The notes: generated by a model not told the origin, from the letters alone. 64,000 nt of DNA from an uncultured candidate division Zixibacteria bacterium (GCA_963713865.1 OY970208.1:448001-512000), one strand, 5' to 3'; shown: positions 17,391-28,789, counted from the first letter of the stretch. Numbers and translations are program-made.

Positions 17391-17644
17391 AGATTCTCGC
17401 AACGAAAGAACACTTATCTCCTAGCCAGTTTGTCCTTTCATTTTTTGCATAGCACCAGTCATCAAATCTTTACTTGCTCATGATTTTATAGTTGGACTAA
17501 AAACTTCTGAAATTTCTCAAGGAATAGGATTCTAGACTTACGGTAGAGCATTTCTATTGACATCTTCAGTGTAAGGTCTTAGTTTAAGCTTTCATTGGAT
17601 ATATATTGGGACCACTTATTTGATTTTCCAGCTTGGAGGTTTTT

Positions 17645-19303
17645 ATGGAATATAGACCGATAAAAGCACTCCGGGGAACAACTCTTTCATGCAAGGGCTG
17701 GCACCAGGAGGCAGCTTTGAGGATGCTCCAGAATAATTTGGATGAGGAGGTGGCAGAAAACCCTCAGGAGCTTATCATTTACGGGGGGAGTGGAAAAGCA
17801 GCTCGTAACTGGGAATGTTATTATGCCATTGTGGAAGCTTTAAAAAATTTAGAGAACGATGAAACTCTTTTAGTCCAATCTGGTAAGCCAGTGGGGATTT
17901 TCAAAACCCATTCTTATGCTCCCAGAGTTTTAATCTCCAACTCGATGATGGTTCCTGCCTGGGCTAACTGGGAGAAGTTCAGGGAATTGGAAAAACTGGG
18001 TTTGATTATGTTCGGACAGATGACTGCCGGCTCGTGGATTTATATCGGCACTCAGGGAATCTTGCAAGGGACTTATGAGACCTTTGCCTCAGTGGCAAAA
18101 AAGCATTTTACCGGAGACCTGAAAGGGAGATTCGTCCTGACTGGTGGAATGGGTGGTATGGGCGGGGCTCAACCCTTAGCAGTTACGATGAATGGTGGTG
18201 CGGTTCTCTGTGTGGAGGTGGATAAAAAAAGAATAGAAAGGAGACTTTCCAAAGGTTATTGCGATAAGATGGTAGAAAGCTTAGATGAAGCTCTGGATAT
18301 GATATTAAAAGCTAAAAATAAAGGAAAAGCCATCTCAGTTGGTTTGGTGGCTAACTGTGCTGACACTCATCCAGAGATTTTAAAAAGAGGGATAATCCCG
18401 GATATCGTAACTGATCAGACCAGCGCCCATGATGAGTTGAATGGATATGTCCCCGCAGGGATACCTTATGAAGAAGCTTTGAACTTAAGAAAAGAAAATC
18501 CGGAAGAATATATCAAAAGGTCGATGGAGTCTATTACTAAACATGTTGAAGCGATGTTAGGATTTTTAAAAGCTGGCTCAATAGTATTTGATTACGGAAA
18601 TAATATAAGGGGTCAGGCAAAAAAGGCAGGGGTTGAGAATGCCTTTGAATTCCCGGGTTTTGTTAGCGCTTATATCAGACCTCTATTCTGTCTGGGAAAG
18701 GGTCCTTTTAGATGGGCGGCTTTGTCTGGTGACCCGGAGGATATTAAAATCACGGATAAAATAGTTCTGCGGGAGTTCAAAGAGGATGAGCCTTTGTGCC
18801 GGTGGATAAAATTGGCTTCCAAAAAAGTCCAGTTCCAGGGACTGCCTGCAAGAATCTGCTGGCTGGGTTATGGCGAAAGAGCTCATTTCGGTGATATTAT
18901 CAACAGATTGGTCAAAAGAGGGAAGATAAAAGCCCCGGTTGTTATTGGCAGAGACCATCTGGACTGCGGGTCTGTGGCATCACCCTACAGGGAGACAGAG
19001 GGGATGAAAGACGGCTCAGATGCGATTGCAGACTGGCCTATTTTGAATGGGCTTTTAAATGCGGTTTCAGGAGCCTCCTGGGTCTCAGTTCACCACGGTG
19101 GTGGAGTAGGTATCGGGAACTCAATTCATGCCGGGATGGTGATAGTGGCAGACGGGTCAAAAGAGATGAAATTGAGGCTGGAAAGAGTCTTGACCAATGA
19201 TCCAGGCACAGGAGTTGCAAGACATGCGGATGCAGGCTATGAAGAAGCAATCAAAGTGGCAAAAGAAAAAGGGATAAAGATACCGATGTTGAAAGAGAAG
19301 TAA
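17645..19303 (+). CDS. hutU: Urocanate hydratase
   Basis: [36 protein letters not shown] and HHGGGVG motifs. Confidence 0.97.
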   Translation: MEYRPIKALRGTTLSCKGWHQEAALRMLQNNLDEEVAENPQELIIYGGSGKAARNWECYYAIVEALKNLENDETLLVQSGKPVGIFKTHSYAPRVLISNSMMVPAWANWEKFRELEKLGLIMFGQMTAGSWIYIGTQGILQGTYETFASVAKKHFTGDLKGRFVLTGGMGGMGGAQPLAVTMNGGAVLCVEVDKKRIERRLSKGYCDKMVESLDEALDMILKAKNKGKAISVGLVANCADTHPEILKRGIIPDIVTDQTSAHDELNGYVPAGIPYEEALNLRKENPEEYIKRSMESITKHVEAMLGFLKAGSIVFDYGNNIRGQAKKAGVENAFEFPGFVSAYIRPLFCLGKGPFRWAALSGDPEDIKITDKIVLREFKEDEPLCRWIKLASKKVQFQGLPARICWLGYGERAHFGDIINRLVKRGKIKAPVVIGRDHLDCGSVASPYRETEGMKDGSDAIADWPILNGLLNAVSGASWVSVHHGGGVGIGNSIHAGMVIVADGSKEMKLRLERVLTNDPGTGVARHADAGYEEAIKVAKEKGIKIPMLKEK

Positions 19304-19337
19304 GAAGTGAGACGGAAGACGGGAGACGAGACTTTGT

Positions 19338-19404
19338 GCCCGCAAGGTCCCCTGACCTTGCGGGGAAACTAATCCTGTCGGGTCAGGGGACCCGAAAGGC
19401 ACCT
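19338..19404. repeat. REP-like doublet between hutU and hutI
   Basis: GGTCCCCTGACC and GGTCAGGGGACC inverted pair, flanked on both sides by heptamer microrepeats. Confidence 0.6.
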
Positions 19405-19439
19405 ATATGTAAGATGTGAGATGTGAGACGAAAAAGAAA

Positions 19440-20699
19440 ATGAAAAAAGTTACTCTTCTTATTAAAAACGCTAAACAACTTCTAACCCTCTCCTCTGATA
19501 AGAAAGGTCCCCGCAGGGGGAGGGAGATGGATGATCTGAGGTTGATTGAAGACGGGGCAATTGCTGTATCCGGCAAAAAGATAGTGGCAGTCGGAAAAAC
19601 CAAGGATGTTTTAACTCGGATTAAGACAGATAAAAAGACAAAAGTTATTAAAGCTGACGATAAAGTCGTTCTTCCCGGATTTGTGGACTGTCATACTCAC
19701 CCGGTTTTTGGTGCTACCCGAGAGGAGGAGTTTGAATTAAGAATAAAAGGTAAAACCTATGAGGAGATTGCCCGGGCTGGTGGTGGGATCAAGTCGAGCG
19801 TCAAGTCATTGAGGCAATTATCAAAAGAAGAATTAATAAAATTAACTCTACCCCGTTTAGATAGATTTTTATCCTATGGCACAACCACGATTGAGGCAAA
19901 ATCAGGTTACGGTCTTTCACTGAACGACGAGATTAAGATTTTAGAGGTGATTAAAAAGTTAAGCCAGATTCATCCAATAGATTTAGTTCCTACTTTTTTG
20001 GGGGCACATGAAATCCCGGATGAGTATAGAGAAAGAAGAGAGGAATATATTGATTTATTAGTCAAGCAGATGATTCCGGAGGTGGCTAAAAGGAAATTAG
20101 CTTACTTCTGTGATGTTTTCTGCGAAAAAGGAGTCTTTAGCCTGGACGAATCCAGAAAAATATTAGAAACAGCTAAAAATTATGGATTAAAGCCAAAGCT
20201 TCACGCAGATCAGTTGACTCCTTTTGGTGGGGCTGAATTATCCGCAGAAGTTGGTGCCGTCTCCGCTGACCATTTGGAATTTGTTTCTGATTCCGGGATT
20301 GACAGGATGAAAAAATCCGGAACAATCGCAGTCCTTTTACCTGGCTCGGTTTTCGGATTGGGTAAAGAAAATTACCCGCCGGCACGTAAAATGATTGAGA
20401 GGGGTTTGCCTGTAGCTTTAGCCACAGATTTCAATCCGGGCAGCTCTTTTACAGAATCTATGCCTGTTATCTTGAGCTTAGCCTGTTTGAGGATGAAGCT
20501 TACCCCGGCTGAAGGTATAACTGCGGCAACTATCAACTCCGCCTATGCCATAGATAGAGGAGATTCAATCGGCAGTTTAGAGTCAGGCAAGAAAGCAGAT
20601 ATAGTTATCTGGGATGTGAAAAATTACAAAGAGCTACCGTATCATTATGGAGTTAATTTAGTGGATAAGGTCATTAAAAACGGAGAAATTATCCGGTGA
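19440..20699 (+). CDS. hutI: Imidazolonepropionase
   Basis: PGFVDCHTH, GTTTIEAKSGYG, LHADQL, SADHL and ATDFNPG motifs. Confidence 0.96.
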   Translation: MKKVTLLIKNAKQLLTLSSDKKGPRRGREMDDLRLIEDGAIAVSGKKIVAVGKTKDVLTRIKTDKKTKVIKADDKVVLPGFVDCHTHPVFGATREEEFELRIKGKTYEEIARAGGGIKSSVKSLRQLSKEELIKLTLPRLDRFLSYGTTTIEAKSGYGLSLNDEIKILEVIKKLSQIHPIDLVPTFLGAHEIPDEYRERREEYIDLLVKQMIPEVAKRKLAYFCDVFCEKGVFSLDESRKILETAKNYGLKPKLHADQLTPFGGAELSAEVGAVSADHLEFVSDSGIDRMKKSGTIAVLLPGSVFGLGKENYPPARKMIERGLPVALATDFNPGSSFTESMPVILSLACLRMKLTPAEGITAATINSAYAIDRGDSIGSLESGKKADIVIWDVKNYKELPYHYGVNLVDKVIKNGEIIR

Positions 20700-21226
20700 G
20701 AAAAAAAATTCGCTGTTCGCTATTCGCTACTGGCCATTTGAAATTCTTAACCCTGTTTGCTGTCTACTGTCTACTGTCTACTCTCTTAAGCTGTGGTCCT
20801 TACTCATTTACCGGCTCTGGTTTGCCCGGTATAAAAACCATTGCCATCCCTCTGTTTGAAAACCAGACCCAGGAATACGGCATAAGGGAGGAATTAACCG
20901 AGAAGATTGTCCAGGGATTCGTTCAGGATAATACTCTGAAAGTAGTAAATGAAAAGATTGCAGATTCAATTCTCAGGGGGACGATTTTAAAATACGAGAA
21001 AGTTGCCCACACCTTTGATGAAAAAGAGAATGTGAAAGAATATATAGTCAGGATTTTTGTAAAGGTGGTATTGGAGGATAAGAAACATAGCAAGAATATC
21101 TGGGAGGAGGAAAACCTTCAGGGCTGGGGGATTTATCCTGCAGATTCAACTGAGGTATATGGAAAGACTAAAGCGATTGATAAGTTGACTGAGGATATTG
21201 TGAACAGGACGGTTAAAGGGTGGTAG
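20696..21226 (+). CDS. lptE: LptE-family lipoprotein
   Basis: Lipobox LLSCG followed by YSFTG...IKTIAIPLFENQT, typical of FCB-type LptE. Confidence 0.75.
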   Translation: MRKKIRCSLFATGHLKFLTLFAVYCLLSTLLSCGPYSFTGSGLPGIKTIAIPLFENQTQEYGIREELTEKIVQGFVQDNTLKVVNEKIADSILRGTILKYEKVAHTFDEKENVKEYIVRIFVKVVLEDKKHSKNIWEEENLQGWGIYPADSTEVYGKTKAIDKLTEDIVNRTVKGW

Positions 21227-21475
21227 GTGTTAGGTAATAGGTGATGGGTTGTTGGATATAGGGGAAAACTTAAAACATAATTTTGTCTTTCTAATTTTTA
21301 CCCACAAATTTTAGGCGTGTTAGTTAAATCAGCTTAGCACAGTATTTTCCATTTATTTTTTCTAATCTTGGCACCTAAACTTTAGCTAAAGTTGTCCGAT
21401 AATTTAAACAGATTGAAGTAATAAAACCGCGCATAGGCCGGTTTTTCAAAGTCTTTCGTTGTTAGGGGGGCAGGA

Positions 21476-21739
21476 ATGAAAGACGAGTATAAGCCTAAAG
21501 AAGAGTACAATTCTCGCCTGGTAACTTCATTCAGGTCGTTTTCCCAATTCATCGATATTTTTGTAGTCCTGGTGGGCGGAGCGGTGCTCATCGGCTGGAT
21601 GTTTGACGTCTCAATTTTGAAAAGCATCCATCCCCACTTAGTGGCGATGAAAGCCAGCTTCGCGCTTTGCTTCGTGTTGATTGGTGTCACTGTGGCTATT
21701 CCGCGCGGAAAAACCACAATCCATAGTTCAAAAACGTAA
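21476..21739 (+). pseudogene. Truncated/frameshifted N-terminal membrane-sensor fragment of a histidine kinase
   Basis: VLIGWMFDV.ILKSI.P.LVAMKA..ALCFVLIG resembles TM sensor N-termini; reads out of frame relative to the duplicate at 25096-25251. Confidence 0.6.
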
Positions 21740-21804
21740 GCGTAATATCGCGGGGGTATGCGCATGTCTTTATGATTTTGAACGATAAGGTTGGAGGAAA
21801 AGAA

Positions 21805-23157
21805 ATGAATAGTACGGAAAAGACCAAAGACAAAACAGTGGGAGAAAAGGAAAAACTGTTACGAATCCAGGTGGTGGAGCCGGATAATTCGGAATTCAAG
21901 CGCAAGGAAGCAGAAAAGAGACTGCGCGGGAAGAAGGTTAAGGACGTGCAGAAACTATCAGCTAAAGAAGTCCAGCGCAGGCGAGCGGAGGAGGTGCTGA
22001 GCGCTTCGGAGGTCCGGTATCGTCGGCTCTTTGAGACAGCTAAAGACGGAATTTTGATACTCGATGCCGAGACCGGGATGATCGTAGATGTGAATCCGTA
22101 CTTGATTGAGATGTTGGGTTTCTCGCACGAACAGTTAACGGGAAAGGAAATCTGGGAAATAGGGCTTTTCAAGGATATCGCCTCCAACAAAGCCAACTTC
22201 ATGGAATTACAAAGGCAGGGATATGTCCGCTATGAGGATTTGCCGCTGGAAACCGTCGATGGGCGGCGGATCGAGGTGGAGTTCGTCAGCAACGTTTATA
22301 CAGTGAACCACCAGAAGGTGATCCAGTGCAACATCCGCGACATTACCGACCGCATACGGGCGCAAGATAAGTTGAAGAAAGCTCTTCTTGATTTAGAACG
22401 CTCCAATAAAGAACTGGAGGTATTCAGTTATTCTGTTTCCCACGACCTGCGCGCTCCATTAAGGAGTATAAATGGCTTCAGTGAAGCTTTGCTTGAAGAG
22501 TATGCGGATAAGTTAGACATGCAAGGTAAGGATTTTCTTCAACGAGTATGCGCGGCAAGCCGGCATATGGGAGAGCTGATTGAGGGGTTGTTGAATCTCT
22601 CGCGAGTGGCACGCGCACCGCTACGTCAACAGGCAATGGATCTTAGCGCCATGGCACGCTCAATTGCGAATGAACTTCGCCAAAGACAACCCGAGCGCCA
22701 GGTGGAGTTTGTTATTGCTGAGGGGGTGATGGGGAATAGTGATCTCCACTTACTTGAGATAGTGTTAGAGAATCTTTTAAGCAATGCCTGGAAGTTTACC
22801 GAGAAACACCCCCGCGCCAGAATAGAATTTGGAGTTATGCAGAAAGAAGACGAAACTGTCTATTTCGTGCGAGATGACGGCGCGGGTTTTGATATGGCTT
22901 ACGTGGACAAGCTTTTCGGCGCATTCCAGCGTCTGCATACCAAGAATGATTTTGAGGGCACTGGAATTGGCTTAGCTACGGTGCAACGTATTATTCATCG
23001 CCATGGAGGGCGAGTCTGGGCGGAAGGAGGCGTAGAAAAAGGAGCAACTTTTTACTTTACCTTACCAAAAGTCAATGCGGCGGTTGTAGAGGAAACCCTA
23101 AACAAAGAAGGGATAAATGAAGAAGAAATTTGTCTTATTGGTGGAGGACAACAGTGA
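21805..23157 (+). CDS. PAS-domain sensor histidine kinase
   Basis: PAS domain, H-box SVSHDLRAPL, N-box NLLSNAWKF, DDGAGFD and GTGIGL. Confidence 0.93.
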   Translation: MNSTEKTKDKTVGEKEKLLRIQVVEPDNSEFKRKEAEKRLRGKKVKDVQKLSAKEVQRRRAEEVLSASEVRYRRLFETAKDGILILDAETGMIVDVNPYLIEMLGFSHEQLTGKEIWEIGLFKDIASNKANFMELQRQGYVRYEDLPLETVDGRRIEVEFVSNVYTVNHQKVIQCNIRDITDRIRAQDKLKKALLDLERSNKELEVFSYSVSHDLRAPLRSINGFSEALLEEYADKLDMQGKDFLQRVCAASRHMGELIEGLLNLSRVARAPLRQQAMDLSAMARSIANELRQRQPERQVEFVIAEGVMGNSDLHLLEIVLENLLSNAWKFTEKHPRARIEFGVMQKEDETVYFVRDDGAGFDMAYVDKLFGAFQRLHTKNDFEGTGIGLATVQRIIHRHGGRVWAEGGVEKGATFYFTLPKVNAAVVEETLNKEGINEEEICLIGGGQQ

Positions 23158-23569
23158 CGACGTGGAGCTAACTCTACGTTCGTTTAAGAAGAACAAATTA
23201 ATCAACGAGGTGGTGGTGGTACGGGATGGGGCGGAGGCATTGGATTTTCTCTTTGGCACAGGTAAATATGCCGATCGTGATTTGAGCATTACGCCTCAGC
23301 TTATTCTCTTAGATTTGAAACTGCCCAAAGTCGATGGCTTAGAGGTGCTCAAGCGTCTGCGCTCCGACGAACGGACTAAGCTTACTCCAGTAACCATTCT
23401 TACCTCATCCAAAGAGGAACAAGACGTGGTAAATGGATACAAGTGGGGCGCCAACAGTTACATCCGAAAACCGGTGGACTTTGAAAAATTCTCCGAAGCC
23501 ATACGGCAGTTGGGGTTGTATTGGCTGGTTTTAAACGAGTCCGTGCCTGAGAATGTGTTGTTTCATTAA
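23117..23569 (+). CDS. Single-domain response regulator (Rcp1-like)
   Basis: LLVEDN.DD, LLDLKLPKVDG and ANSYIRKP motifs. Confidence 0.93.
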   Translation: MKKKFVLLVEDNSDDVELTLRSFKKNKLINEVVVVRDGAEALDFLFGTGKYADRDLSITPQLILLDLKLPKVDGLEVLKRLRSDERTKLTPVTILTSSKEEQDVVNGYKWGANSYIRKPVDFEKFSEAIRQLGLYWLVLNESVPENVLFH

Positions 23570-23662
23570 GGGGATTAGGGGCTTGGGACTAGAGGATAGT
23601 GATTTTACCCACCAGCCCCAACTTTTTTACCCACGGGTTGGGTGAAAAGGAAGGAGTAAACA

Positions 23663-24793
23663 GTGAGCAAACCGCTTCGGGTTTTGATAGTTGAAGATTC
23701 AGAGGATGACGCCCAACTGATTTTGCACGAGCTCAAATGCGGTGGCTTTGAGCCCAACTTTGAACGGGTGGATACACCCGAGGCAATGCAGACGGTGCTG
23801 GACAAACAGGCATGGGACATTATCCTGTCTGACTATGTAATGCCCCGCTTTAGTGGGCTGGAGGCACTGAAAATAGTTAAAGAGAAGGGGTTAGATCTGC
23901 CGTTCATTATTATATCTGGCAAAATTGGCGAGGATGTCGCGGTTGGGGCTATGAAAGCCGGGGCGCATGATTATCTAATGAAAGGCAATCTCAAAAGATT
24001 ATCTGCCGTAGTAGAGCGGGAGTTAAGAGAGGCACAAGTGAGAGCGGCGCACCGGAATGCAGAAGAACAATTACAGATGACTGAAAGGCTTCGCTTGTTG
24101 GGTGAGATGGCCGCTTCTATTATGCACGACCTTAAAAACCCAATGCAGATTGTATTAGGTACTGCTGAAATCTTGGACACGGATAATTTAGCACCCTCCC
24201 GACGCTCGAAACACTGCCAGATGATTGTTCAGCAGGTCAAGCGTATGGTCAGCTTGACCCAAGATATTCTAGATTTTGCCAAAGATCAATTGCAGATAAC
24301 TCCCCAGCCAGTGAACATAGAGGAGTTCTGCCAGGAGTTAGTTAACGACTACCAAAGCACTCTTCCAGCATCAGGGATTAATGTTACTTATGTTCATCAA
24401 TTGCAGAAGGATGGTTCACCTCTTGTCTTTTTGGATGCGGAGAGAATCAGGCGAGTTTTGGTCAACCTGATAGACAATGCTAAAGATGCTATGCCCAAGG
24501 GAGGGGAAATCAAACTCACCTCTGGGCTGAGTAAACAAGCCCTATATCTGAAAGTTGAAGATACTGGTATGGGGATACCAGAGAAGATCAGGGATTCAAT
24601 TTTCAAAGCCTTTGTCACTTATGGGAAGTGTAAAGGAACAGGACTGGGTTTATCCGTGGTGCAAAAAATTGTGGAGGCACATAAGGGCTGGATTACTTTT
24701 ACTTCAACTCCCGGGGCCGGGACTACATTCACAGTAACGCTCCCTCAATCGATCATAAAGGAAAGGGAGCCAAGCTTAATTCAGAGTGGTTAA
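23663..24793 (+). CDS. Hybrid REC-histidine kinase
   Basis: N-terminal receiver (VEDSEDD, SDYVMP), H-box MHDLKNP and GTGLGL. Confidence 0.92.
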   Translation: MSKPLRVLIVEDSEDDAQLILHELKCGGFEPNFERVDTPEAMQTVLDKQAWDIILSDYVMPRFSGLEALKIVKEKGLDLPFIIISGKIGEDVAVGAMKAGAHDYLMKGNLKRLSAVVERELREAQVRAAHRNAEEQLQMTERLRLLGEMAASIMHDLKNPMQIVLGTAEILDTDNLAPSRRSKHCQMIVQQVKRMVSLTQDILDFAKDQLQITPQPVNIEEFCQELVNDYQSTLPASGINVTYVHQLQKDGSPLVFLDAERIRRVLVNLIDNAKDAMPKGGEIKLTSGLSKQALYLKVEDTGMGIPEKIRDSIFKAFVTYGKCKGTGLGLSVVQKIVEAHKGWITFTSTPGAGTTFTVTLPQSIIKEREPSLIQSG

Positions 24794-24809
24794 AAAAAGG
24801 GAGGGTTAA

Positions 24810-25241
24810 ATAGCTAAGCCACTAAAGGTTTTAATTGTAGAAGATTCAGAGGATGATACTCAACTGATTTTGCGCGAGCTCAAACGTGGCGGTTACGAAC
24901 CTGTGTTTGAGCGGGTGAATAATCCTGCGGCCCTGAGTGCCGCGCTGGAAAAAAAGGAGTGGGACGTTGTCTTGAGTGATTACGTTATGCCCCAGCTCAG
25001 TGGGCTGGATGCTCTGGGGCTATTAAAAAAGAAGGGGCTGGATCCTCCGTTCATCGTTATTTCGGGTAAAGTCGGTGAGGATACCGCAGTCGAAACGATG
25101 AAAGCCAGCTCCGCGCTTTGTTTCGTGTTGATTGGCGTGCCACTGTGGCAATTCCGTGCGGAAAAACCACAACCCACAGTTCAAAAACGTAAGCATAATA
25201 TCGCGGGGGTATGCACATTCATTTATGATTTTGAACGATAA
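24810..25241 (+). pseudogene. Chimeric receiver-domain pseudogene
   Basis: In-frame ATA in place of ATG after GGAGG gives (M)AKPLKVLIVEDSEDD. The receiver breaks at MKA and continues in sequence duplicated from 21645-21798. Confidence 0.7.
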
Positions 25242-25259
25242 GGTTGGAGGAGGCGCTAA

Positions 25260-27590
25260 ATGAATCTCAATAAACCACTTCAAAACATTCGATTAGGCTG
25301 GTCGCCTTTTGTTGTAATTGCCATAACAACACTTGCCAGCATCGCCGTAAGCATCTATTGTCTTGTCTCCGGCGGGGTTATCATTTTCCAGAATCTCTTT
25401 TATATTCCTATTATCATTGCCTGTGTGTATTACACGAAGAAAGGTTTTGCTTTTTCTGTCGTCCTTTCATCTATTTATCTTTTCCTCATCATTGCTTTTA
25501 CAAGAGATTCAGCAGTTATCATACAGGCTTTGGTAAGAATCCTCATATTCGTGGTTATCGCAGGGGTTACCACGTTCTTGTCAATAAAACGCAAGCATAT
25601 GGAAGAGGCGCTGCAACAGGCACACGATGAACTGGAAAATCGTGTGGCGGAGCGGACGGAGGAGTTGCGGCAGGCCAATGAGGAGCTACGGACGGATATC
25701 ACCGACCGCAAGCGAGCGGAGGAGGCGTTGAGCGCTTCGGAGGTCCGGTATCGCCGGCTTTTTGAAACAGCGAAAGACGGAATTTTGATACTCGATGCCG
25801 AGACCGGGACGATCGTAGATGTGAATCCGTTTTTGATCAAGATGTTGGGTTTCTCGCACGAACAGTTCCTGGGAAAGACGATCTGGGAAATAGGGGTTTT
25901 CAAGGATGTCGCCTCCAACAAAGCTAACTTCATGGAATTACAACGGCAGGAATACGTCCGCTATGAGGATTTGCCGCTGGAAACCGCCGAGGGGCGGCGG
26001 ATCGAGGTGGAGTTCGTCAGCAACGTCTATGAAGTGAACAACCAGAATGTGATCCAGTGTAATATCCGGGACATCACCGAGCGCAGGAGGGCGGAGGAGA
26101 TACTGAAAGTTTCCGAAACTCGTTACCGCCGGCTCTTTGAAACAGCTCAAGATGGGATATTGATTCTGGGTGCAAAAACCGGACAGATAACCGATGTTAA
26201 CCCGTTTCTAATAGATATGCTGGGCTATTCTCATCAGGAGTTTGTCGGGAAAAAGCTCTGGGATATCGGTGTTTTCAAAGATAGGGTGATGAGTAAAAAA
26301 GCGTTTTGGGAATTGCAGACGAAAGGGTTTATCCGCTATGAAGATCTGCCGCTGGAGACTAAAGACGGACAGCACATCGAGGTGGAGTTTGTCAGCAACG
26401 TCTACCAGATTAACGGAGAGGAAGTGATCCAATGCAATGTCCGCAACATCACCAATCGCAAACGCTTTGAAGCAGTCAAGGACGATTTCGTCAGCATGGT
26501 TTCTCACGAGCTCCGGACCCCTTTAACTTCCATAAGGGAGGCGGTCTCACAAACTTTAGACGGGATATTAGGCGAAGTTTCGGAGCAACAGAGAGAGATC
26601 TTAGCTATGGCACTTTCCGATATTGACCGGCTCACCCGGCTGATTAATGACCTTTTAGATGTATCTAAGATCGATGCGGGCAAGATGAAGATGAAAATAG
26701 AAGTGTGCGAGATGGTGGCTTTAGTTAAAAAGCTTATTTCATCTTTTATCCCGCAGGTAAAAGCCAAAGGGTTGGAGATGGAAGGGAGTTTCTCCAAAGA
26801 GAAAATAAAAGCCTATGTGGATAGAGATCGAATCACCCAGGTGTTTTCCAACTTAATTGGTAATGCAGTTAAATTTACACAGAAGGGTCGAATACAGGTT
26901 TCGCTATTGGACAGAGAAGATGCCATAGAGTGCTCTGTTTCTGATACGGGACCGGGAATCGCCAAGAAGGACTTTGCCCAGTTATTTGACAAGTTTCAAC
27001 AATTCGGCCACCAGGTAAATGGAGAAGAAAAAGGCACAGGCTTGGGCCTGGCTGTTTCTAAGGGTATTGTGGAATTGCACAAAGGGAGAATCTGGGTAGA
27101 AAGTCAGGTTAATGCAGGAACTAAATTTACCTTTGCGCTGCCTAAATTTACCGGGAAAGAATTAATAAGCGATGGATTGAAAAAGGCAATTAAGGAGGGT
27201 CAGCCTTTATCTGTTTTGATTTTCAATATCAAGAACCCTGACGCAATCCAGAAAAAGATGGGCCAAGAGAAAGTTGGGCTGCTTATCAATAATTTTTGGG
27301 AATTGATAAAAGAGAACCTCCGCCGGGATGAAGACGATCTGGGCATTCAAGATCTACACACCATTTTAACCATACTGCCCGGAACGGAAAAAGAAAGTGC
27401 CGCATCGGCATTGGAAAGGATGAACGATTTGCTGCGGGATTATTTGCTTCGAGAAGGGATAAAGGAAGAAATAGAACTGGTTTGTGAAAACAGAGCCTAT
27501 CCGGATGATGGGAAAACAGAGGAGGAATTGCTTTCCAGGCTTGAGAATATACTGGCAACCAAAGGAGAGGTAGAGGTGTCAAGTAAATAA
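25260..27590 (+). CDS. Membrane sensor histidine kinase with two PAS domains and a degenerate GGDEF-like C-terminus
   Basis: 4 TM helices, 2 PAS domains, VSHELRTPL and GTGLGL; C-terminal cyclase-like fold lacking the GGDEF motif. Confidence 0.9.
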   Translation: MNLNKPLQNIRLGWSPFVVIAITTLASIAVSIYCLVSGGVIIFQNLFYIPIIIACVYYTKKGFAFSVVLSSIYLFLIIAFTRDSAVIIQALVRILIFVVIAGVTTFLSIKRKHMEEALQQAHDELENRVAERTEELRQANEELRTDITDRKRAEEALSASEVRYRRLFETAKDGILILDAETGTIVDVNPFLIKMLGFSHEQFLGKTIWEIGVFKDVASNKANFMELQRQEYVRYEDLPLETAEGRRIEVEFVSNVYEVNNQNVIQCNIRDITERRRAEEILKVSETRYRRLFETAQDGILILGAKTGQITDVNPFLIDMLGYSHQEFVGKKLWDIGVFKDRVMSKKAFWELQTKGFIRYEDLPLETKDGQHIEVEFVSNVYQINGEEVIQCNVRNITNRKRFEAVKDDFVSMVSHELRTPLTSIREAVSQTLDGILGEVSEQQREILAMALSDIDRLTRLINDLLDVSKIDAGKMKMKIEVCEMVALVKKLISSFIPQVKAKGLEMEGSFSKEKIKAYVDRDRITQVFSNLIGNAVKFTQKGRIQVSLLDREDAIECSVSDTGPGIAKKDFAQLFDKFQQFGHQVNGEEKGTGLGLAVSKGIVELHKGRIWVESQVNAGTKFTFALPKFTGKELISDGLKKAIKEGQPLSVLIFNIKNPDAIQKKMGQEKVGLLINNFWELIKENLRRDEDDLGIQDLHTILTILPGTEKESAASALERMNDLLRDYLLREGIKEEIELVCENRAYPDDGKTEEELLSRLENILATKGEVEVSSK

Positions 27591-27605
27591 AAAGGAGCAG
27601 TAGTT

Positions 27606-28367
27606 ATGGCAAGGAAAATATTAATCGCGGATGATGATCAGCACATCGTGTCGTTGCTCTCCTCCAGGCTAAAGGCACATCACTATGAGGTGATAGCGGC
27701 TTATGACGCCATGCAGACCCTGCATCAGGCTCATAAAGAGAAACCGGATCTTATTATTTTAGATATCAGGATGCCCGCTGGCAGCGGCATAAGCGTCTTA
27801 GACAATTTAAAAATGTCCGTTGATACTTCCAACACCTCGATAATAGTCATGACTGCTTATCCCAGCGAGGAGATGAAGCAGAGGGCTTTAGAGAAGGGTG
27901 CGGTAGATTTTATCGCCAAGCCGTTTAAACCCGAGGAAGTTTTGCAAAAAGTCAGGAAAGCCCTGGGCGAAGTAAGTCTGGAAGAAGAGAGGCACCCCGG
28001 AGCCAAGAAGATCCTGGTAGTGGATGACAATCCTAACATCGTAAAATTGTTAGAGTACAGATTAAAGGCTAATAAATATGAGGTGATTACTGCGCATGAT
28101 GGTGAGGAAGCTCTGGAGAGGGTTCGTCAGGAGAAGCCCGGGTTAATACTCCTGGATGTGGTAATTCCCAAGCTCGATGGCTATCAGGTCTTAAGCATCC
28201 TTAAAGCGGATGAGCAGTACAAAGATATTCCCATAGTAATGTTAACTGCCAAGGGGCAAATAAAGGACATGAAAAAAGGATTGGAATTGGGAGCGGATTC
28301 CTACATAACCAAGCCATTTGACCCGGATGTGCTGTTGGAAATTATAAAAGGGACAACCGGTGGATAA
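27606..28367 (+). CDS. Tandem double-receiver response regulator
   Basis: Two REC domains (IADDD..LDIRMP..KPF; VVDDN..LDVVIP..KPF). Confidence 0.92.
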   Translation: MARKILIADDDQHIVSLLSSRLKAHHYEVIAAYDAMQTLHQAHKEKPDLIILDIRMPAGSGISVLDNLKMSVDTSNTSIIVMTAYPSEEMKQRALEKGAVDFIAKPFKPEEVLQKVRKALGEVSLEEERHPGAKKILVVDDNPNIVKLLEYRLKANKYEVITAHDGEEALERVRQEKPGLILLDVVIPKLDGYQVLSILKADEQYKDIPIVMLTAKGQIKDMKKGLELGADSYITKPFDPDVLLEIIKGTTGG

Positions 28368-28789
28368 GAGACATTAGACACCATATATAACCTTTTCTTT
28401 TCTACTATGCTTCGGCAATAGGAATCATCCAAACAGAAAACCATAATCGTTTTATACTTTAATCCCTTTCCCCCTTGACCATCTTTATGCAGAAAGGGGA
28501 TTTTTTTATCCCCTTTAACGGAAGGGGTTAGAGAAAGGTAACAAGAACAATCCTTCTTTCTATTCTTGACGTATTTATCAGATGAAGATTCAATTATGAT
28601 TCTTATAGGAACTGAGGTGGATTCAGCTTTCACAGGTAGTCTTGACTTTCAGGGAGATGTTTTATTATAAATACGGATAAGGCGTAGGATGGAAAAAGAG
28701 CGAACCTTCAACCATTTTACAAAAATTATTGACAATTCAAACGAAGTGTAGTAAATTCTGTTAAAGATAGATTTTAAAGTGAGGATAAA

